This document shows, piece by piece, positions 1-10,723 of a stretch of 56,662 bases of DNA. This stretch comes from Nanobdellota archaeon (GTDB lineage: Archaea; Nanobdellota; Nanobdellia; Woesearchaeales; CG1-02-33-12), in contig JAHJQG010000040.1 in NCBI GenBank assembly GCA_018819345.1, forward strand, positions 1 to 56,662. The letters are read 5' to 3'. How positions within the stretch are numbered: position 1 is the stretch's first letter; every line of letters starts with the position of its first letter. Both the position numbers and the translations under genes were made by a program. The notes beneath the pieces were generated by a model. It ran no database searches, had not been told where the DNA came from, and worked only from the letters and a program-made list of their open reading frames with translations.

Positions 1-1
1 G

Positions 2-136
2 GAAAAAGCAAGAGAGCTTGCAAAAAACCTGAATACAAATTTGACTGTAATAAGAAATGGCGGCCACCTGAATGAAAAATCAGGCTATGTAAGGTTTGAC
101 CTTCTTCTCGAGGAAATAAAGAACGAGCTATATTAA
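2..136 (+). CDS. C-terminal part of a YdeN/RBBP9-like alpha/beta hydrolase (runs off the window start)
   Basis: Frame 2 reads EKARELAKNLNTNLTVIRNGGHLNEKSGYVRFDLLLEEIKNELY*; GGHLNxxSGY resembles the catalytic-His motif of the family. Confidence 0.6.
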   Translation, partial: EKARELAKNLNTNLTVIRNGGHLNEKSGYVRFDLLLEEIKNELY

Positions 137-210
137 GTATTCACCAAGAAATTCTATAACCAAATCCTTTAATGGAAAGATTTATATTTATCTAGCTTAA
201 TTAAGAAAGC

Positions 211-633
211 ATGAAAATATACTTTGCAGGTGCGATAAGAGGGGGAAGACATGACATTGAGATTTACAAGCAGATTATTGAGCACCTTAAAAAACATGGC
301 GAGGTCCTAACAGAGCATGTAGGAAAAGATAATATATCCAAGGATGGCGAGATAAATCTTACAGACAAATACATACACAACAGGGATGTTAACTGGATTG
401 ATGAGTGTGATGTTTTTATTACAGAGGTTACAAGGCCATCCCACGGAGTTGGATATGAGGTAAGAACAGCAGTTGAAAAGAAAAAAAGGATTTTGTGCAT
501 CTACAGGCCAAAAGAACTAAAAAGGGTCTCAGCAATGATAGCAGGAGCACCAGGAATAAAAACCTCTCTATATAACACAATAGAAGACGCAAAGAAAATC
601 ATTGATAGATTCATAAAAGATGTTGAATCTTAA
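211..633 (+). CDS. Nucleoside 2-deoxyribosyltransferase / DNPH1 (Rcl)-like N-hydrolase
   Basis: KIYFAGAIRGG, PSHGVGYE and VSAMIAG motifs. Confidence 0.85.
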   Translation: MKIYFAGAIRGGRHDIEIYKQIIEHLKKHGEVLTEHVGKDNISKDGEINLTDKYIHNRDVNWIDECDVFITEVTRPSHGVGYEVRTAVEKKKRILCIYRPKELKRVSAMIAGAPGIKTSLYNTIEDAKKIIDRFIKDVES

Positions 634-678
634 TAAATAATAAAAACATTTATATAATAAATATCCTAATTTCTTTTT

Positions 679-1986
679 ATGCAAGCTAAAACCAGAGATA
701 CTGTTGTTGTTGAGACAAAAGATAAGAAGTTAAATGGAATTCTTATGCCTGTTCCTGAGACTGAAAAGGATATTGTTATTCTTAAGCTGGAAAGTGGATA
801 TAATATTGGAATTGATAAAAAGAATATCAAGGCAATAAAACTTGTTAAAACTTTTGAAAGGAAAAAGGAAAAAACAGCAGAGGTAAAATTAAACAAAAAG
901 TTACCAACTATCTCAATACTTCACACAGGCGGAACAATAGCATCAAAAGTGGATTACAAAACAGGAGCTGTTAGTGCAAAATTCTCTCCAAGCGAGATTA
1001 TTGACATGTTTCCTGAGTTAAAGAAAATTGCAAACATAAAGTCAAGAAAGATAGCAAGCATGCAGTCTGAGATGATGAGGTTTGTGCATTATAATCTTAT
1101 GGCCAAGGAAATTGAAAAAGAGGTTAAAAAAGGTGTTAATGGAATAATAATAACCCATGGAACAGACACAATGCATTATACCTCTGCTGCATTATCATTT
1201 ATTTTAGAGGATTTACCTGTTCCTGTTATATTGGTTGGCTCGCAGAGAAGCTCTGACAGGGGCTCAACTGATGCTGGCTTAAACCTTGTATCTGCTTGTT
1301 ATTTTATTGCTAATTCTGATTTTGCAGATGTTGCTATATGCATGCATGAAAACCTTAATGATGAATCATGCTTAATCCTGCCCGCTTTAAAAACAAGAAA
1401 AATGCATACAAGCAGAAGAGATGCTTTTAGGCCAATAAACACAACCCCAATTGCAAGAGTTAATTTTAATGAGAAAAATATTTCCTTCATGAAAAAGGAT
1501 TATGATAAGAAAAATAAGAATAAAAAATTAAACTTGAAACTATTTAATGAAAAAACAAGGGTTGGCTTAATAAAAACACATACAAACATGTTTGCTGAGG
1601 AGTTTTTGGCTTACAAAGATTTTGATGGATTGGTTATTGAGGGCACTGGCCTCGGCCATCTGCCTAACGAGGAAATAGATGAGTACACAAAGGAAAACAA
1701 AAAAATCTTCAATGCATTAAGTGATATGATAAAAAAAGGCCTTGTTGCAGTCATGTCATCTCAAACAATTTATGGCAGATTGCAGATGAATGTTTACACT
1801 CCAATGAGAGAATTGCAGGAAATTGGAGTTTTGGGCCATCTAAGTGATATGACAGCTGAAACAACTTTCATAAAGCTGGCATGGCTTTTAAGCAACTACA
1901 AGAAAGAGGAAGTTAAACAACTAATCACAAAAAATCTTAGGGGAGAAATCTCTGAAAGAGTTGAAGATAAAACTTTTCTTAGCTGA
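679..1986 (+). CDS. gatD: Glu-tRNA(Gln) amidotransferase subunit D
   Basis: N-terminal KLESGYNIG domain plus asparaginase motifs TGGTIASKVDY and HGTDTM, SQRSSDRGS. Confidence 0.96.
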   Translation: MQAKTRDTVVVETKDKKLNGILMPVPETEKDIVILKLESGYNIGIDKKNIKAIKLVKTFERKKEKTAEVKLNKKLPTISILHTGGTIASKVDYKTGAVSAKFSPSEIIDMFPELKKIANIKSRKIASMQSEMMRFVHYNLMAKEIEKEVKKGVNGIIITHGTDTMHYTSAALSFILEDLPVPVILVGSQRSSDRGSTDAGLNLVSACYFIANSDFADVAICMHENLNDESCLILPALKTRKMHTSRRDAFRPINTTPIARVNFNEKNISFMKKDYDKKNKNKKLNLKLFNEKTRVGLIKTHTNMFAEEFLAYKDFDGLVIEGTGLGHLPNEEIDEYTKENKKIFNALSDMIKKGLVAVMSSQTIYGRLQMNVYTPMRELQEIGVLGHLSDMTAETTFIKLAWLLSNYKKEEVKQLITKNLRGEISERVEDKTFLS

Positions 1987-1989
1987 AAG

Positions 1990-2229
1990 ATGCAGTATAT
2001 TCTTGATTTATTGAACAAGATAAAGTGGGACAAGAACGAAAAGCCAGAAGATTATTCTATAGCTTATTTTGACAGGATAAGCAATAAAAAGGAAAATCTT
2101 AAATATAGTGAGATAAAAACAATTAAAAGGGGTTTTATTGTCTTGGATAAAAAAGATAAAGAGTCATATATCCCATTGCATAGAATAAGAGAGGTGAGGA
2201 AAAAAGGGGTTGTTATCTGGAAAAGGTAA
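1990..2229 (+). CDS. DUF504 / MJ1316-like small RNA-repair-associated protein
   Basis: LNKIKWD...YIPLHRIREV...WKR signature. Confidence 0.8.
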   Translation: MQYILDLLNKIKWDKNEKPEDYSIAYFDRISNKKENLKYSEIKTIKRGFIVLDKKDKESYIPLHRIREVRKKGVVIWKR

Positions 2230-2234
2230 TTTTC

Positions 2235-2894
2235 ATGAAAGAACTAATGTTAGTTGCACTTGCTGGAGCAAGCTGTTCTGGTAAAACAACAATAGCCAAA
2301 AAAATAGCAGAAAGAATAGAAGATATGAACAGATATCTTAGTGCTAATTTTACTGGCTTAACTATTAAGATGGATAATTACTACAATGACCAGAAACATA
2401 TTCCACCTGAAAAAAGGCCAGAAATAAACTATGACCATCCAAATGCATTTGACTGGCTTTTGATGTATAATCAGATTCGAGCACTGTCACAAAACAAAGA
2501 AATTGAAATGCCCCTTTACTGTTTTGATAATCATACCAGAAAGGAAGAGACAGAGACAAAATCTCCTTCAGATTTGATTATTGTTGAAGGAATTCTTACA
2601 TTATATAACGAGAAAATTTATGATTTAGTGGATTGTAAAATCTTTATTGAAACTGACATAAATAAATGCCGTGATAGGAGGCTTGAAAGAGATACAAATG
2701 AAAGGGGAAGAACACGTGAATCTGTTGTAAAACAGTGGGAAAAAACAGTTCTGCCAGGTTATGAAAAATATATACTTCCTTCAAGAGATATAGCAGACCT
2801 CATTATAAGAGGCGAGGGTAATAATGAAGAAGATATTAAAAGAGCAATGGTAAAAATAAAGTATTTCTTAATAAACAATCAGCAAGATTTATAA
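2235..2894 (+). CDS. udk: Uridine kinase
   Basis: P-loop GASCSGKTT, NYDHPNAFD, IIVEGIL, RRLERDTNERGR. Confidence 0.92.
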   Translation: MKELMLVALAGASCSGKTTIAKKIAERIEDMNRYLSANFTGLTIKMDNYYNDQKHIPPEKRPEINYDHPNAFDWLLMYNQIRALSQNKEIEMPLYCFDNHTRKEETETKSPSDLIIVEGILTLYNEKIYDLVDCKIFIETDINKCRDRRLERDTNERGRTRESVVKQWEKTVLPGYEKYILPSRDIADLIIRGEGNNEEDIKRAMVKIKYFLINNQQDL

Positions 2895-2917
2895 AGTTCT
2901 TATGTTTTTATTTAGTT

Positions 2918-4336
2918 ATGCAGTTAGACTATAAAAAGCTTAATTTCAAATGCGGAATTGAGATACATCAGCAGCTTGACACAAAAAAATTATTTTGTAA
3001 TTGTCCTTCTTTAATTAGGGATGACAAGCCAGATATTATTATAAAAAGAAGATTAAGAGCAAGTGCTGGCGAGAGCGGCGAGGTTGATGCTGCTGCATTG
3101 CATGAAGTAAAAAAGGAAAAACAGTTTATTTATCAGGCTTATTCTGATACAACATGCCTTGTTGAACTGGATGAAGAGCCGCCGCATGATGTAAATAAAC
3201 AAGCATTGGAAATTAGTTTGCAAATAGCTTTAATGCTTAATGCAAAGATTGTTGACAAAATTTGTTTTATGAGAAAAACAGTTGTTGACGGATCAAACAC
3301 TTCCGGCTTTCAAAGGACAGCTTTAATTGCAACAGATGGCTTTATTGAAACATCAAAAGGCAAAGTTAAAATTGAAACCATTTGCTTAGAAGAAGAGGCT
3401 GCAAAGATTGTCAAGAGAACTAAAAAAGAAGATACATATAATCTTTCAAGATTAGGAATTCCATTGATTGAGATTGCTACTTCGCCAGATATAAAAGATC
3501 CAGAGCACTGCATGGAAACTGCAAAAAAGCTAGGAATGATTTTAAGATCAACAAACAAAGTGAAACGAGGTTTAGGAACAATAAGGCAGGATGTTAATCT
3601 TTCTATAAAAGGAAAATCAAGAGTTGAAATAAAGGGTTTTCAGGATTTAAGAAATATGCCAAAAATTATTGAGAATGAGGCAAGAAGGCATCTTGAACTA
3701 TTGGAAAAGGGGCAGGAGCTAAAAAAAGAAGTTAGAAAAGCAAATAAAGACTTGACAACGAGCTTTATGAGGCCAATGCCCGGCTCTGCAAGGATGTATC
3801 CTGAGACTGATATTAAGACTATAAGGCCGGATATAAGCAAAATAAAGATTCCAGAGCTGATAACAGACAAATCAGAAAAGCTTGAAAAAGATTTCAACTT
3901 AAACAAGGATCTGGCAGACCTAATAACAAAATCAGGAAAAATTGACTTCTTCATAAGCCTTGCAAATAAATACAAGAACATAAAGCCATTATTTATTGCA
4001 GATATTTTAATGAACTCTGGAAAAGAAATAAAAAGAAGGTATAATAAAGAGATTGATGCAAGCAGGCATATTGAAGAAATTCTTGAACATCTTAATAAAG
4101 GAAAAATATCAAAAGAAGCTGTTTTTGAGATTCTGGTTGAGAAAGCAAATGGAAAAAAGATTGACTATAAAAAATATCTTTTAATGAGCGATGAGGAAAT
4201 AAAGAAAATTCTTAAAGAGATAATTGCAAAGAACAAGGGCGCTCCATTCAATGCTTTGATGGGCCAGGCAATGGCCAAATTAAGAGGCAAGGCAGACGGG
4301 AAAAAGATAGTTGAATTGTTGAAAAAGTTAGTTTAA
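2918..4336 (+). CDS. gatE: Glu-tRNA(Gln) amidotransferase subunit E (short form)
   Basis: GIEIHQQL, RKTVVDGSNTSGFQRT, RGLGTIRQDVN, PGSARMYPETD; near gatD. Confidence 0.95.
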   Translation: MQLDYKKLNFKCGIEIHQQLDTKKLFCNCPSLIRDDKPDIIIKRRLRASAGESGEVDAAALHEVKKEKQFIYQAYSDTTCLVELDEEPPHDVNKQALEISLQIALMLNAKIVDKICFMRKTVVDGSNTSGFQRTALIATDGFIETSKGKVKIETICLEEEAAKIVKRTKKEDTYNLSRLGIPLIEIATSPDIKDPEHCMETAKKLGMILRSTNKVKRGLGTIRQDVNLSIKGKSRVEIKGFQDLRNMPKIIENEARRHLELLEKGQELKKEVRKANKDLTTSFMRPMPGSARMYPETDIKTIRPDISKIKIPELITDKSEKLEKDFNLNKDLADLITKSGKIDFFISLANKYKNIKPLFIADILMNSGKEIKRRYNKEIDASRHIEEILEHLNKGKISKEAVFEILVEKANGKKIDYKKYLLMSDEEIKKILKEIIAKNKGAPFNALMGQAMAKLRGKADGKKIVELLKKLV

Positions 4337-4411
4337 TTCTAATATATATACTTTAGTTTAACTAAATTTATAAATCAATTCAAATACCTTTTCAGATGAG
4401 GGGTAGTTGAA

Positions 4412-7030
4412 ATGAAAAAAAAGAAATATGTATATTTTTTTGGTGAAGGCGGAAAAGAGATGAAAGCTCTTTTGGGTGGAAAAGGCGCTAACCTAAGCGA
4501 GATGACAAAAATAGGAATACCAGTGCCACAGGGCTTCACAATCACAACAGAGGTCTGCAACTTATATTCTAAGAACAATAAGGAATATCCAGAGGGACTG
4601 GATGTTGAGATAGAAGCTAACATGAATAAGCTTGAGGAAAAAACAGGAAAAAAATTTGGAAACAAGAAAAATCCTTTGCTTGTTTCTGTAAGGTCTGGAG
4701 CAGCTGTTTCAATGCCTGGTATGATGGATACTATTCTCAATCTTGGATTAAACCCAGATACAGTGCAGGGGCTTATAGAGCTCACAAAAAACGAGAGATT
4801 TGTATTGGATTCTTACAGAAGATTCATACAGATGTTTGGAAATGTTGTGCTTGGAATATCGAGTGAAAACTTTGAGAAAATATTAGAAGAGGTAAAAGAA
4901 GAAAATAAGATTAAGCTTGATACAGAGCTTAATATTAAAGCATTGCAAAAGATTGTTGAGCTTTACAAGGCAAAGGTCAAAGAAGTAACAAATGAGGATT
5001 TTCCAGAAAAGCCAAACATACAATTGAATATGGCAATAAATGCTGTTTTTGACTCATGGAACAATGAAAGGGCAATTGCATATCGCAAGCTAAATGACAT
5101 TCCGGATAATCTTGGAACAGCTGTTAACATACAGTCAATGGTCTTTGGAAACATGGGAAATGATTCTGGAACAGGTGTTGCATTTACTAGGAATCCAAGC
5201 ACTGGAGAGAAAAGATTTTTTGGTGAATACCTTATGAATGCCCAGGGCGAGGATGTTGTTGCAGGAATAAGAACACCAAAAGAAATTGAGAAGCTAAAAA
5301 AAGACATGCCCCCTGTTTATAATCAGCTTGTTGATGTATATAAAAAACTGGAATTACACTATAAAGATATGCAGGATATTGAGTTTACAATAGAGAAAGG
5401 AAAATTATTTCTGCTTCAGACAAGAACAGGAAAGAGAACAGCCCATGCAGCTGTAAAAGTAGCTGTTGATATGGTTGATGAAGGCTTAATAACAAAACAA
5501 GATGCTGTCTTGAGAGTAGAGCCAAACCAGCTTGACCAGCTTTTGCACAAGACAATTGATCCAAAGGCAAAACTTGAGGTTATTGCAAAAGGGCTTCCAG
5601 CTTCACCAGGAGCAGCTGTTGGCTCTGTTGTTTTTGATGCAAAAAAAGCACATGACCTTAATGAAGAAGGAAAGAAAGTAATTCTTGTAAGAAATGAAAC
5701 AAGCCCAGAGGATATTGAGGGAATGGCTGCTGCACAGGGAATTTTAACTGCCCGAGGAGGAATGACCTCTCATGCAGCTGTTGTAGCCAGGGGAATGGGA
5801 AAGTGTTGTATTGCTGGATGTGAAAAAATAAGAATAAATGAAAAAACAAAAGAGTTCAAGATTGGTGATGTCGTTATTAAGGAAAATGACACAATAACAT
5901 TAAATGGGAACACAGGAGAAGTAATTTTAGGAGAAGTTAGGTTAATAGACCCTGAGCTAAAGGGAGAATTCAAAACATTGATGCAATGGGCTGACTCATA
6001 CAGAACATTGGGTGTAAGAACAAATGCTGACACTCCTCATGATGCCAAAATATCTGTTGAGTTTGGTGCAGAAGGTATAGGACTTTGCAGGACAGAGCAC
6101 ATGTTCTTCCAGGAGGACAGGATAAAAGCTGTCAGGGAAATGATTTTAGCAGAGGATATTGTAGGAAGGAAAAAAGCACTTGACAAGCTTTTGCCAATGC
6201 AGAAATCAGATTTTATTGGAATATTCAAGGCAATGAAAGGTCTTCCAGTTACAATAAGATTATTAGATCCTCCATTGCATGAATTTTTGCCGCAGGCAAA
6301 GGATGATATAAAATATCTTGCCCATGAAATGGGTGTTACAGAGGAGAAAATAGAAGAAAAAATAACAGCACTGCATGAGATGAATCCAATGCTTGGTCAT
6401 CGCGGATGCAGATTAGCTATTACCTATCCAGAGATAGCAGAGATGCAGGTTAAGGCAATATTTGAAGCTAGCTGCGAGCTTGTAAAGCAGGGCATAAAAG
6501 TAATGCCTGAGGTGATGATTCCATTGGTTGGAGCATTAAAAGAATTCACAATATTAAAAAAGCTCGCAAAAAACAAGGCTGATGAGATAATTAAAGATTA
6601 TGGTGTTGAGCTGGATTACAAGATAGGCACAATGATAGAGATACCTAGGGCATGCATAATAGCTGACCAGATTGCTCATGAAGCAGAGTTTTTCTCTTTT
6701 GGAACAAATGACTTAACACAAATGACATTTGGCTTTAGCAGGGATGATGTTGGAAAGTTTGTTCCTGAATATATTGAAAAGGGAATCCTTGAGAAAGACC
6801 CATTCCAGGTTCTTGATAAAGAAGGTGTTGGAAGCCTTGTTAAGATGGGTGTTGAAAAAGGCCGCAAAGCAAGAAAAGACCTTAAGATTGGAATCTGCGG
6901 AGAGCACGGCGGTGAGCCAAGCTCTGTTGAATTCTGCCATAAGGCAAAAATGAATTATGTAAGCTGCTCACCCTATAGAATTCCAATTGCAAGGCTTGCA
7001 GCTGCACATGCAAAACTCAAAGAGAAATAA
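4412..7030 (+). CDS. ppdK: Pyruvate, phosphate dikinase
   Basis: LLGGKGANL, SVRSGAAVSMPGMMDT, GGMTSHAAVVARG, FSFGTNDLTQ. Confidence 0.97.
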   Translation: MKKKKYVYFFGEGGKEMKALLGGKGANLSEMTKIGIPVPQGFTITTEVCNLYSKNNKEYPEGLDVEIEANMNKLEEKTGKKFGNKKNPLLVSVRSGAAVSMPGMMDTILNLGLNPDTVQGLIELTKNERFVLDSYRRFIQMFGNVVLGISSENFEKILEEVKEENKIKLDTELNIKALQKIVELYKAKVKEVTNEDFPEKPNIQLNMAINAVFDSWNNERAIAYRKLNDIPDNLGTAVNIQSMVFGNMGNDSGTGVAFTRNPSTGEKRFFGEYLMNAQGEDVVAGIRTPKEIEKLKKDMPPVYNQLVDVYKKLELHYKDMQDIEFTIEKGKLFLLQTRTGKRTAHAAVKVAVDMVDEGLITKQDAVLRVEPNQLDQLLHKTIDPKAKLEVIAKGLPASPGAAVGSVVFDAKKAHDLNEEGKKVILVRNETSPEDIEGMAAAQGILTARGGMTSHAAVVARGMGKCCIAGCEKIRINEKTKEFKIGDVVIKENDTITLNGNTGEVILGEVRLIDPELKGEFKTLMQWADSYRTLGVRTNADTPHDAKISVEFGAEGIGLCRTEHMFFQEDRIKAVREMILAEDIVGRKKALDKLLPMQKSDFIGIFKAMKGLPVTIRLLDPPLHEFLPQAKDDIKYLAHEMGVTEEKIEEKITALHEMNPMLGHRGCRLAITYPEIAEMQVKAIFEASCELVKQGIKVMPEVMIPLVGALKEFTILKKLAKNKADEIIKDYGVELDYKIGTMIEIPRACIIADQIAHEAEFFSFGTNDLTQMTFGFSRDDVGKFVPEYIEKGILEKDPFQVLDKEGVGSLVKMGVEKGRKARKDLKIGICGEHGGEPSSVEFCHKAKMNYVSCSPYRIPIARLAAAHAKLKEK

Positions 7031-7033
7031 TTT

Positions 7034-8506
7034 TTATTTTTCTTCTTCTGGCTTCATCATTGGGAATAAAACAACATCCCTTACAGTTGGCTGGTTTGTC
7101 AGTATGGCCAGCAGTCTGTCAATGCCCAAGCCAAAGCCAGCTGTTGGAGGCATTCCTATTTCCAGGGCTTCAATAAAGTCCTGGTCCATCATCTGGGCCT
7201 CTTCATCTCCTGCTGCCCTTAGTTTCATCTGCTCTTCAAATCTTTCTTTCTGGTCAATTGGGTCATTTAACTCTGTGAATGCATTTACAATCTCTGAGCC
7301 TGCAACCAGTGCCTGAAATCTTTGTGTAAGTTTAGGATTGTCTTTGTGCTTTTTTGCAAGAGGAGAAATATCAATTGGATGATCTATTAAAAAGCATGGC
7401 TGTATAAGCTTTGGCCTTATATACTGCTTATATAACTGGTCTATTATACGGCCACGGCCAAGATTCTCGTCAATATCTATTTTAAGGCCCTTTTTTCTTA
7501 TAGCAGCTATAAGTTTTTCCTTAGTATCCTCTTTATTTAAATCAAGGCCTGTTTCTTCCTTCATTATTTTTGTGTAATCTATTTTTTTCCATTTCTTGCC
7601 TAAATCAATCGTTTTGTTGTTGTAGTTGATTTTAAGGGTGTTGAATGTTTGCTTTATTACTGTCTGTAAAAACCTTTCAGTGAAATCCATTAGCTCATTA
7701 TAATCCATGTAAGCAGCATAAAACTCAAGCATGGTGAATTCCTGCAGATGCTGAGTAGATAAGCCCTCATTCCTAAACACCTTTCCAATTTCATAAACCC
7801 TTTCATAGCCACCAACAATAAGCCTTTTCAGATGAAGCTCTAATGAGATTCTCAGATACATATCCATATCAAGAGTATTATGATGTGTTATGAATGGCCT
7901 AGCATCAGCACCACCTGGAACTAATTCAAGAACAGGAGTTTCAACCTCTAAAAACTTGTTTTCCTCAAGAAATTTCCTTAAATTAGTTATGAATTTTGCT
8001 CTTATGATGAAGAAGTCAAAAATCTTTCTGTTTGAGATTAAGTCAATATACCTCTTTCTGTATCTTATTTCCTGATCTTTGAGGCCGTGCCATTTTTCTG
8101 GCAGCTGTGCTAGGCTTTTTGTCAGTAATTGGAATGAATCAACATGGATAGTTATTTCTCCTGTTTTTGTCATGAAAACAGTTCCCTTGATTCCTATTAT
8201 ATCGCCAATGTCCAATAATTTTAATTTCTTGTATTCTTGTTTTCCAATATCATCCTGCCTGAAATATAATTGTATTTTTCCTTGTTTATCTGATAGGTTC
8301 ATGAAGCAGGCTTTTCCCATTGGCCTGTTCTGCATTATCCTGCCAGCAATAGAAACTTTCTTTTTAGTATGCTCTCCTTTAGAAATATTTTTGAATTTGG
8401 TTTTGATTTCCCTGCTGTCTGAATCAACCTTAAACACGCTTGGGTAAGGGTCTATTCCTTTTTCATAAATCCTGTCTAGTTTCTCTTTCTTGGTTTTGTT
8501 TATCAT
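7034..8506 (-). CDS. lysS: Lysine--tRNA ligase, class II
   Basis: OB-fold N-terminus, YLRISLELHLKRL, FRNEG, GMPPTAGFGLGIDRL. Confidence 0.95.
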   Translation of the reverse strand: MINKTKKEKLDRIYEKGIDPYPSVFKVDSDSREIKTKFKNISKGEHTKKKVSIAGRIMQNRPMGKACFMNLSDKQGKIQLYFRQDDIGKQEYKKLKLLDIGDIIGIKGTVFMTKTGEITIHVDSFQLLTKSLAQLPEKWHGLKDQEIRYRKRYIDLISNRKIFDFFIIRAKFITNLRKFLEENKFLEVETPVLELVPGGADARPFITHHNTLDMDMYLRISLELHLKRLIVGGYERVYEIGKVFRNEGLSTQHLQEFTMLEFYAAYMDYNELMDFTERFLQTVIKQTFNTLKINYNNKTIDLGKKWKKIDYTKIMKEETGLDLNKEDTKEKLIAAIRKKGLKIDIDENLGRGRIIDQLYKQYIRPKLIQPCFLIDHPIDISPLAKKHKDNPKLTQRFQALVAGSEIVNAFTELNDPIDQKERFEEQMKLRAAGDEEAQMMDQDFIEALEIGMPPTAGFGLGIDRLLAILTNQPTVRDVVLFPMMKPEEEK

Positions 8507-8640
8507 TTTATTTTTATTATCTTAAATTATTTATAAATGTTGCTAATTTTTAGGGAATAAATTAGATTTTTAAAAGAAAAAGAAATTAGAAAAATAAAAA
8601 AGTTTTAATTAAATCACATCAAAGTCCCTGTATATAAAAG

Positions 8641-9096
8641 TTATAAGTCTTTAAACTTTTGAGATATCTCTTTTTTAATTTTATCAAATTCTGGCAATTC
8701 GCCAATCATTAGATTTTTAAGATCTATCTGCCATAGGTTTCTCATCATCTCAATCTTCTCTCTAAATTCTTTAAAGTCAAATTCTGTATTATAAAGTGCC
8801 AATTTTTTGTTTATCAAATTCTTATTGGGAATAATTTTTTTCTGCCTTTCATTCAATTTACTAACTATGTTCTCATCAATCTCAATAAAGGCCGGCTCTT
8901 TAATCTTCGATTCAAAGATAATTTTAGTTTCAACAGGATGTAATCTGTAATAAGGCTCTTTATTGCCTAATTGGTTACCTAAAAACATGATATACCAACC
9001 TCCCTTTACCTTTTCTTACCAAAATATTTTCTTTTACAAGCTGGTTTAATTCCATTAAAGATATTCTCTTTGAGATAGAATTTACTTTTCTATGCA
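8641..9096 (-). pseudogene. Stack of orphan 3' gene fragments: a wHTH tail, a duplicated GNKEPYYRLHPVETK segment, and an unrelated helical tail
   Basis: 8882-8967 duplicates 9380-9465 inside the upstream gene; 8923-9120 is nearly identical to 15997-16207; no N-terminal domain is present. Confidence 0.7.
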
Positions 9097-10527
9097 TTAT
9101 TTGCTCCTCCTTTTTACAGTGCCATTTACAGTGCCATTTACAGTGCCATTTACAGTATCATTTACAGTATCATCAAAGCAATAATATCCTCTTTTGGCTG
9201 AGCCAATGAATCTAATAATTTTTTTCTTTTTTAAATCAAGTAAATCTCTTTTAGCAGTCCTCAAAGAAATTTTAACTAACTTAACATATTCTTCAGTTGT
9301 AATCCTGCCCTTATGTTTAAGATAATCTATTGCTTTAATCTGCCTCCTATTTAATCTCTCTAAAATATCTTTTTCAATATCAATAAACGTCGGCTCTTTA
9401 ATCTTTGATTCAAAGATAATTTTAGTTTCAACGGGGTGCAATCTGTAATAAGGCTCTTTATTGCCCCATTTTTTACACAAATCTCTCATCATATAAATTC
9501 CAGAGCCATACTTCTCAATAAAGCCAACATCATAAATCAACTGGCAGAGAATTTCATTAACTGGCTTGTGCCTTGGGTTTTTTGGGGTAACCCCTTTTGG
9601 AAAGGTTCCTGGATTAATGATTTCTACCCTATTGTCAAATATAAATATCCTTACATCGCCGGTTTCAAAATAATTTCTATGTATCAGGGCATTGATTATT
9701 GCTTCTCGTAATGCCCTTATCGGATACTCAAACTTATCTTCTCTCCTAAAACTCCTTTCTGTTCTTGTCCCTAAAAGCCTTATGTTTTTTCTTATAAAAT
9801 CCTCAGCAGTACTTATCATCTCCCAAATTGTTCCCTCACAATTAGCAGTATCTAATGTTGGATGAATCACTTTTGTGCCTTTAAATCTGACAACTCTTAA
9901 CCCTGCATTAGGCAGGAATTTTTGAGGAAACTTTCCAAAAAATAAGATTCCAGCATTTGTTGGTTTGTTGTTATGCAATGCTTTGATGTTCTGCAGCAAC
10001 TTATTAGTTGAGATTTTTGTTTCTCTGGAGATATTTCTTGCCTTTTCTCTTTGCTTAAGATAGCATTTAACTTTCTCTTCGTCAATGTCTTCTAAACCTG
10101 CATATTCACAAACCTGCTCACCCCATTTTATTTTTCCAGTGTCTTTAGCAAACTCAATAACTTCTTCTGGTGATAAGGGCTTATCATGAGATGCAATTCT
10201 TTTATAAGCAATATTCCTGAAAGAATGCAAACTATCTAACTTTTTAATTTCTGCAATAAAAATATTCTTGCCTTCAGTTTCAACAGCTTCAATTTTAGGA
10301 TAAACAGATGGCTTGCAGGTATGTGCAATATTGGCAATTTCCCTTTCATGTTTTTTATCAATACCAATAATTTCCCCGCTATCACTTATCCCAACTAAAA
10401 CAATTCCATCATTTGTGTTAGCAAAGGAGCAGATAGATTTGCCTAAGCCATCATCTATCTTTGATTTAAACTCTACTTTCTGATTTTCTCCTTTTTCTAT
10501 CAATTTTTCAATCTCTTTCTCATTCAT
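9097..10527 (-). CDS. Schlafen/AlbA_2 + HATPase_c_4 (RecG-C-like) + winged-HTH protein
   Basis: GENQKVEFK, SFANTNDG, YPIRALREAIINALIHRNY, IEKYGSGI, C-terminal HTH. Confidence 0.88.
   Translation of the reverse strand: MNEKEIEKLIEKGENQKVEFKSKIDDGLGKSICSFANTNDGIVLVGISDSGEIIGIDKKHEREIANIAHTCKPSVYPKIEAVETEGKNIFIAEIKKLDSLHSFRNIAYKRIASHDKPLSPEEVIEFAKDTGKIKWGEQVCEYAGLEDIDEEKVKCYLKQREKARNISRETKISTNKLLQNIKALHNNKPTNAGILFFGKFPQKFLPNAGLRVVRFKGTKVIHPTLDTANCEGTIWEMISTAEDFIRKNIRLLGTRTERSFRREDKFEYPIRALREAIINALIHRNYFETGDVRIFIFDNRVEIINPGTFPKGVTPKNPRHKPVNEILCQLIYDVGFIEKYGSGIYMMRDLCKKWGNKEPYYRLHPVETKIIFESKIKEPTFIDIEKDILERLNRRQIKAIDYLKHKGRITTEEYVKLVKISLRTAKRDLLDLKKKKIIRFIGSAKRGYYCFDDTVNDTVNGTVNGTVNGTVKRRSK
9113..9172. 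repeat. 12-bp tandem repeat x5 (TTTACAGTGCCA / TTTACAGTATCA) encoding DTVN/GTVN at the C-terminus
   Basis: Read directly; only two units are present in the paralogous remnant at 16199-16222. Confidence 0.95.
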
Positions 10528-10621
10528 TTTATCGCTTCTGCTTCGCCCCTGATTTGGAGGTTTGAGCCATTAAAGCTTATTGTTTGATTGGCATTGTTAT
10601 CTTAATGAATAATGTTTTTGT

Positions 10622-10718
10622 AATTAGTTTATACAAACACAGGGCTTTTTTATGCTTTGCCTGGTTTTTTCATTGGTTTTTTTAGAATTAGCGAATGAAT
10701 TCCGGAAAATAAGGCAAT
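10622..10718. repeat. Intergenic repeat module A, copy 1 (imperfect inverted repeat TTGCCT...AAGGCAA)
   Basis: Similar to 13750-13858 and 17732-17822. Confidence 0.85.
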
Positions 10719-10723
10719 CAATT

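Noticed and set aside
8882..9465. Diversity-generating retroelement TR/VR pair
   Set aside because: Mismatches between the copies are mostly synonymous and not adenine-specific, and there is no reverse transcriptase in the window.
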